Under the pieces are notes generated by a model. The model was not told the origin of the DNA, ran no database searches, and saw only the letters and a program-made list of their open reading frames with translations. Below are positions 26,952-32,000 of a stretch of DNA of 32,000 nt, piece after piece; positions within the stretch are counted from its first letter, which is position 1, and each line of letters opens with the position of its first letter. Both the position numbers and the translations under genes were made by a program. Source of the stretch: Candidatus Thorarchaeota archaeon (GTDB lineage: Archaea; Asgardarchaeota; Heimdallarchaeia; Hodarchaeales; Hodarchaeaceae); NCBI GenBank assembly GCA_048882505.1, contig JBHLRO010000006.1:120001-152000 (forward strand), given 5' to 3'.

Positions 26952-27821
26952 TTATTGTAGCTTTGCTGCATCTCTTGCCAATTGTGGACTTTTGTTTGGG
27001 TACAGGGTCTTTCCCCTATAGTATTTATCTAGAAGAATAAATATCAACCAAGCAACTCCTGTTGAAAATAAAACGTCTGAGGCATAATGTGCTCCTGCAA
27101 CAACACGTCCAAGTGCAACGATCACTCCCCATGTTAAAACGATGACCGTTACCAGGTAATAAATAGCTTTTTTCCTCTTCAAACGAGGCACATATAGTAT
27201 TGGGAGTAGCATCCATCCCATGGCCGCGTGGCCCGAGGGAAACGAAGCATGCCCAGTCGATCCCCGTGGAAGAAACCAGGGGGTATAATCTGAATAATCT
27301 AAAGCTAGGTCTCGAAAGCGAACACGCCCCCACATGATTTTAATTACTTGTACAAATAGAAGCGGGTTCAAAACAGCCAAAATTAGAGTAAAAACAGCAA
27401 ATGTTTGGAATTCATTCGATATGGTGAAATTTCCCCAGCGAATCACGACTAATGTTACTAAAACAAATGGAAAGACGATTAGAATGAGTTGGGAGTTAAT
27501 TCCTCCAAATATCGCGTTGATCAAGGCGGATATCTGCCAAACAAGGCCCCCAATGACGACTGCGATTATTATAGAACTTTTTACTGTCCTAGTTTCTTTT
27601 ACTGCAATGAAAACGGCGAAAATTGCTAATACAATGATAATATTCCCTGGGATCTCTCCATACTCTGCGATGAACCTCGCCCACACTGCTTCGCTATCAA
27701 CAAGGGCCATAGAAATTTCAAGATCCCAAACAGCAAAGATGAGCGCCAGGAAACCAAAACAGGCACCAAGAAGATAGACTAAACGTTTTCCTATTGTACT
27801 ATTCATCTTGGCTTTGGACAT
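26952..27821 (-). CDS. PAP2 superfamily membrane phosphatase
   Basis: C1 KxxxxRxRF (KIMWGRVRF), C2 PSGH, C3 RVVAGAHYASD. The true start may be the ATG at 27806. Confidence 0.92.
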   Translation of the reverse strand: MSKAKMNSTIGKRLVYLLGACFGFLALIFAVWDLEISMALVDSEAVWARFIAEYGEIPGNIIIVLAIFAVFIAVKETRTVKSSIIIAVVIGGLVWQISALINAIFGGINSQLILIVFPFVLVTLVVIRWGNFTISNEFQTFAVFTLILAVLNPLLFVQVIKIMWGRVRFRDLALDYSDYTPWFLPRGSTGHASFPSGHAAMGWMLLPILYVPRLKRKKAIYYLVTVIVLTWGVIVALGRVVAGAHYASDVLFSTGVAWLIFILLDKYYRGKTLYPNKSPQLARDAAKLQ

Positions 27822-27827
27822 GGTTAG

Positions 27828-27835
27828 GTCTTAAA
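27828..27835 (-). promoter_or_regulatory. possible TATA box (TTTAAGAC) 29 nt upstream of the second in-frame ATG of the PAP2 gene
   Basis: Spacing fits a leaderless archaeal transcript starting at MNSTIGK (A of ATG at 27806). Confidence 0.3.
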
Positions 27836-27997
27836 CCAAAATGGAGAATACTTATTGATATTTTTTCGTAAAAGTAGATAATTATTTTGTTGCAAACGAA
27901 AAAAACATCAAAGAAATCAAATGAAATTAACAGGAAAATGGTTTATTAGGAACTGGGCCTACATTCGTTCTGTCAAGAGAAAAGGAGGATTAAGCAA

Positions 27998-29068
27998 GTG
28001 GTTATAACCCCACTAGATTTTCTTAGTGCTTTGGTCTTGGGAATTACAATTGGCTTGGTGTTACAAAGAGGACGTGTATGTTCTAATACTGCCTTCAGAA
28101 ATTTATTATTAATCAGAAATCCCGAGGTTGCATTAGTTCTGGTTATTGCAGTTATGGTAGAGTTGATTGGTTACCAGCTATTGCAATTATTTTCACTGAC
28201 CGAAATCTTTCCGGGATTTAGCATTTATTCAAATCCAATAAGGTTCTCTTTGATTCTTATTCCTATAGGAAGTCTCTTGTTTGGATTTGGAACAGTTTTT
28301 GCGGGGGGATGTGCTGGGGGAGTGTGTTACAGGGTAGGGGAAGGATCAATTAAGTCACTCCTCGCTTTTCTTGGTTTTGGCATCGGGATTGCTGTTTTTG
28401 CCGTGGAACCCCTCCGCTCTGCATTTGCTGAAGTACAAAATGCGACCCTTTGGACAATACAAGGTCAAACTCCTTCTCTTGAACAGATACTACCTCGGCC
28501 GATATGGACGATCGGAGCCCTAATTATGCTAGGAGTACTGGTTTACAAGTACAGGAGAACTCCTCCACAGTTACCGCATTTTCGTGAAGGATGGTCTCCT
28601 TTAATGTCCGGGCTTGTGCTTGGGGTTCTGGGTACACTAGCACGGTTTTTTTCCACGGTAGCTGGCCGTCCATTTGGGCTTTCAACGACGGACGGGATTG
28701 GGGAGCTTTTCTCAGTTGTTTCAAGCATTCTTGGAGTCACCTCCTCTCTTTTGGGATGGGCAGGAATTATGATTCTCGGTCTTATTATCGGAGCAAGCTT
28801 GTCATCCCTTCAAATTAACGAGTTCAAAGTAAAAACTCCAAATAGGCGTGACATAATTCGGTTTTTTGGAGGAGGCCTTCTATTAGGGATTGGAGCTATG
28901 CTGGCATCGGGATGTAATTTCGGGCATATTCTGGGTGGAATACCAGAACTTGGGATTTCCTCAGTTATAGCGTCAATATTCATGATGTTTGGTAATTGGA
29001 TTTCATCATATTTGATGTATAATGTCCTTGGAGAAGAAACTCCAGTTTCCACCCCATTATTACTTTAG
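27998..29068 (+). CDS. YeeE/YedE (TsuA-like) sulfur-compound transporter
   Basis: Three family Cys motifs RGRVC, GGCAGG and SGCNFGH in a Gly-rich multi-TM protein. Confidence 0.88.
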   Translation: MVITPLDFLSALVLGITIGLVLQRGRVCSNTAFRNLLLIRNPEVALVLVIAVMVELIGYQLLQLFSLTEIFPGFSIYSNPIRFSLILIPIGSLLFGFGTVFAGGCAGGVCYRVGEGSIKSLLAFLGFGIGIAVFAVEPLRSAFAEVQNATLWTIQGQTPSLEQILPRPIWTIGALIMLGVLVYKYRRTPPQLPHFREGWSPLMSGLVLGVLGTLARFFSTVAGRPFGLSTTDGIGELFSVVSSILGVTSSLLGWAGIMILGLIIGASLSSLQINEFKVKTPNRRDIIRFFGGGLLLGIGAMLASGCNFGHILGGIPELGISSVIASIFMMFGNWISSYLMYNVLGEETPVSTPLLL

Positions 29069-29231
29069 ATATGTGATAGATTAGTTCTACTCATTTAAAA
29101 ATATGTTTTAGCTTTAACATTGAATAACCGATTGATTTCTGACCAGTTTAGGTCAAGGATTTGTTGTTCACGGTCTTGCTCTCTAGGATTTCGACACCAA
29201 TCAGAGTTATTTTAAATTCCATCGAGTTCCC

Positions 29232-29960
29232 ATGTTAAATGTGGAAATCCCTCCTGATATGATTGTACTTATTCCAGCAAAGAATGAAGAAACCGCCCTC
29301 GCATTCCTTCTTCCACGACTTTTGAAAAGGGTTAAACAAGTTCTCGTCGTGGATAATGGCTCTGAAGATCAAACCGCAAAGGTTGCCCGAGATGTAGGGG
29401 TCCAAGTAATAACGGAAAAGAGACCTGGGTACGGATCCGCGTGTTTGGCTGGTTTAAAATATCTTGCAAGACAACCAAACCCCCCTAAATATGTTTGTTT
29501 CTTTGATGGTGATGGACAAAGTAATGTGGCCGATATTGATAAAGTAGCCCTTCCTGTTTTAAAGGACAGAACACCTTATTGTCAAGGGAGCCGTATGATA
29601 GATCCACAGTCTCGTAACAATCTTACCATCATAGCTCGCGTTGCAAATCGGCTGTTCGCGAAGTTTTTGTCAATGGTTTGGAAACAGCACCTAACCGATC
29701 TCGGCCCGCTTCGTGTTATAAGTTGGGATCTCCTTTCGGAACTAAATATGGCATCAATAAACTACGGTTGGACCATAGAAATGAGTACAAAGATATTAAA
29801 AATGGGGGGAGTTCCGTATCTGGAAGTTCCTGTTAATTGGCATCCACGTACTTCAGGTAAAAGTAAAATCTCTGGAAACTTTAATACCGCATTCAAAGCG
29901 GGGTCGATAATGATTTTGACGCTCCTTCGTGTACTTTTATTTTGGAAACCTGGGATTTAA
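29232..29960 (+). CDS. GT2 family glycosyltransferase (DPM1-like, DUF2064-associated type)
   Basis: IPAKNEE, VVDNGSED, GYGSACL, FDGDG (DxD), TDLGPLR, YGWTIEM, EVPV, R..GKSKISG. Confidence 0.9.
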   Translation: MLNVEIPPDMIVLIPAKNEETALAFLLPRLLKRVKQVLVVDNGSEDQTAKVARDVGVQVITEKRPGYGSACLAGLKYLARQPNPPKYVCFFDGDGQSNVADIDKVALPVLKDRTPYCQGSRMIDPQSRNNLTIIARVANRLFAKFLSMVWKQHLTDLGPLRVISWDLLSELNMASINYGWTIEMSTKILKMGGVPYLEVPVNWHPRTSGKSKISGNFNTAFKAGSIMILTLLRVLLFWKPGI

Positions 29961-29961
29961 A

Positions 29962-30753
29962 ATGTCAATTAGGCAGGGAATCGTACTGTTTACGAAAGTA
30001 CCGACCCAGGTACCAGTGAAAACGCGTTTGGCGCATTCCCAATTTCCGAAAAACTTCCAAGTTGATTTAACAACCGCGATGATAAAAGATACCCTCCTGA
30101 TTTTAGATGAAGTGATGAAACACACCCTATTCACACCAATTATCAATTATTTCCCTGAAACCAATTCTGCGCGAAATATGATAAAAAAGATCATAACAGC
30201 GATTATGGAGCATGAAAACCCAAGCTTGATGGAGAAGGTGAATCTGGTACCACAAATAGGGGATACGGTAGGTCAACGATTTTCTATCGCCATTGATAGC
30301 GCTTTTAAGGATTTAAAAATGAAATCAACGATTATTGTTGGTTCTGATACTCCCCACCTATCTCCTGCCTATATATTAAAGGGAATGGAATTCTTGATGT
30401 CGAATCCAAAAGGGCTTGTGTTGGGTCCATCTCAAAATGGAGGTTTCTACCTATTCGGAACAAACCATCCATGCCCTAGGGAAATCAGCGAGATATTTCA
30501 GAAGAACTCTATACACAATGAGTTGGGGAACCTATTAGAGTTGTTCCCCGACCATAAAGCGTGTATATTGCCGACGGTTTTTGATATTGATACGTTTTCT
30601 GATTTAAGAAACGTTTTCTCTGAGGTTTATGCGCGATCCTTTAATAATCCTAGAGAGCCAGCAAAAATGACAGCGGCGCACATGTGGTCTTTGCTTAAAA
30701 CTTTGGATAAATCGATTTGGGAATCTTCGCAGGACTCCAGAACAATGAGTTAG
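29962..30753 (+). CDS. DUF2064 / TIGR04282-family GT-A-like nucleotide-binding transferase (CofC-like fold)
   Basis: LFTKVP..VKTRLA, GQRF, IVGSDTP, VLGPSQNGGFYL, DIDTFSDL. ATG at 29962, 1 nt after the GT2 stop, preferred over the ORF-track start at 29929. Confidence 0.85.
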   Translation: MSIRQGIVLFTKVPTQVPVKTRLAHSQFPKNFQVDLTTAMIKDTLLILDEVMKHTLFTPIINYFPETNSARNMIKKIITAIMEHENPSLMEKVNLVPQIGDTVGQRFSIAIDSAFKDLKMKSTIIVGSDTPHLSPAYILKGMEFLMSNPKGLVLGPSQNGGFYLFGTNHPCPREISEIFQKNSIHNELGNLLELFPDHKACILPTVFDIDTFSDLRNVFSEVYARSFNNPREPAKMTAAHMWSLLKTLDKSIWESSQDSRTMS

Positions 30754-30763
30754 AGGAAAAACA

Positions 30764-32000
30764 ATGGAATTTACAATCGCCTTTGGAATTTGGACGTTAG
30801 GAGCTGTTATTTTCCTCATCTGTACCTTGTATTATGCTCTTGAATTAATCCCTGCGTACATTAGAAACCGTAAACAATATCAAAATCCTATTATTCTAAC
30901 GGATCAGCAAATCGGTGAATTATTAAAAAAAACGGAACAAGAACTACCTATCTTCAAATTTCAAATTACAACTCGCGGTAATGAAGTTGAAGTGGTCACA
31001 AGAGGGATCGATTCCATTTATCAGATAGCACAGAATCCTTTATTCAGAAAAAACATTGAACTGCTAATAGTAACTGATTTCCAGGATGAGGTTGTTCTCT
31101 TTAACCAGTATTTGCAAAATCAGGGCATTGACATTTCTGTTGAAGTTATCGCAGTTCCTCCTGACTATCAAACTCCTAAGGATTCCCTATATAAGGCCCG
31201 AAGTCTACATTATTCCTCAGAATTCCGAGCGGCAGACCCAGGTGAAAAGCGCGCATTTGTTTTTTATTTTGATGCAGAATCCACCATATCGGAAGATGAT
31301 TTCCGCCGTATTATACACTCGATACTTGTATCGCCGGAGAAGAAGATTTTTGAAGGCCCTATAGTCTATTCGCACAAATATTTTGATGCAAATCTTATAA
31401 GTCGTCAGATGGAGGCATCACGACCCTTTAATTGCTATCACTGCGCACAAGTAATGACTAATCCTCCTCCTCTTCACCTTCATGGATCGAATTTACTTGT
31501 GGATGCGGAACTAGTATCATCGATCGGGTGGGATTCAGGAAGGCTTCCTAACGATGATCCCTTACTAGCAGAAGACTTGTATTTCGGTATGAGAGCATAC
31601 AGTAGATTTGGTCGGGAGGTATTCGGATGGCATGGAGGACTAGTGACTGAACAACCGCCATTTAGTGTCCGAGAGTCCTTTAATGCTCGTATGCGATGGA
31701 TTACGGGTGCTTGGCAGGCTTTGACTCTCATAAGGAAAAATGAAGAATTTCTCAGATTAAATTGGTTTGCACGGATTCGGTTCTTGTCTCGGTTGCGCTT
31801 CAGAATTATTGCACATGGGATAAGTTTTTTTGCTGCCTTGTTTATTATTCTCACGCTTTTGTTTGTATTAGTGCCGTCAGCTTTTCCCTTTTTAGCGATG
31901 GATGCATCTTTTATATCACCGATGCTTCGTACATTTCAGGTGACTGTTTCACGGCTAATCTTACTACCTGGAACCTTATTTTGGCTTTTCGGCATCATCA
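30764..32000 (+). CDS. Egghead/BRE-3-like membrane GT2 glycosyltransferase, 3'-truncated by the window edge
   Basis: Not in the ORF track. Open from ATG 30764 to the window end (412 codons): N-terminal TM, QITTRG, IVTD, VPPDYQTPKDSLYKARSLHY, FDAES, EGPIVY, HGSNL, AEDLYFGMRAY, EQPPFS...RMRWITG, then TMs. Confidence 0.85.
   Translation, partial: MEFTIAFGIWTLGAVIFLICTLYYALELIPAYIRNRKQYQNPIILTDQQIGELLKKTEQELPIFKFQITTRGNEVEVVTRGIDSIYQIAQNPLFRKNIELLIVTDFQDEVVLFNQYLQNQGIDISVEVIAVPPDYQTPKDSLYKARSLHYSSEFRAADPGEKRAFVFYFDAESTISEDDFRRIIHSILVSPEKKIFEGPIVYSHKYFDANLISRQMEASRPFNCYHCAQVMTNPPPLHLHGSNLLVDAELVSSIGWDSGRLPNDDPLLAEDLYFGMRAYSRFGREVFGWHGGLVTEQPPFSVRESFNARMRWITGAWQALTLIRKNEEFLRLNWFARIRFLSRLRFRIIAHGISFFAALFIILTLLFVLVPSAFPFLAMDASFISPMLRTFQVTVSRLILLPGTLFWLFGII

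Noticed and set aside
31086-31854. ORF-track calls 31086-31364 (+) and 31480-31854 (-)
   Set aside because: They overlap the real Egghead-like GT frame starting at 30764.
1-32000. tRNA, rRNA, CRISPR array, IS/transposase, integrase
   Set aside because: No T-arm/cloverleaf motif, regularly spaced repeat array, terminal inverted repeats or DDE/tyrosine-recombinase motifs were found by eye.

Overview
Gene-dense, AT-rich (roughly 40% GC by eye) prokaryotic window. I found no rRNA, tRNA, CRISPR array or transposase. It is probably archaeal, possibly Asgard/Heimdallarchaeia-like. That is an inference from TATA-like boxes, archaeal-style NadC, sequon-rich surface proteins and stand-alone 7TM and wHTH-TM proteins. 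Contents in order: a JAMM protease (partial, not in the ORF track) - ThiS/MoaD ubiquitin-like carrier - MoeB/rhodanese sulfur-relay operon; O-methyltransferase; haloalkane-dehalogenase homologue with Asn in place of the nucleophile Asp; 7TM protein; Bax-inhibitor-1 protein; alpha/beta hydrolase and C45 peptidase; two orphans; nhaA flanked by decayed relics, including a pseudogenised 3' end of a second pruA; pruA; nadA-nadC; family III CoA-transferase; SLC13/ArsB-like and AEC transporters; DEDD exoribonuclease; CDF exporter; a co-oriented trio of two tandem acidic type-I membrane glycoproteins and a membrane-anchored wHTH regulator; redoxin; DUF72; PAP2 phosphatase; YeeE-type transporter; and a three-gene glycosyltransferase operon whose last gene (not in the ORF track, runs off the window) closely resembles animal Egghead/BRE-3 mannosyltransferase. 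The best candidates for undescribed biology are the glycoprotein/regulator trio and the PAP2-YeeE-GT cluster. All family assignments come from motif recognition by eye; no database search was run.
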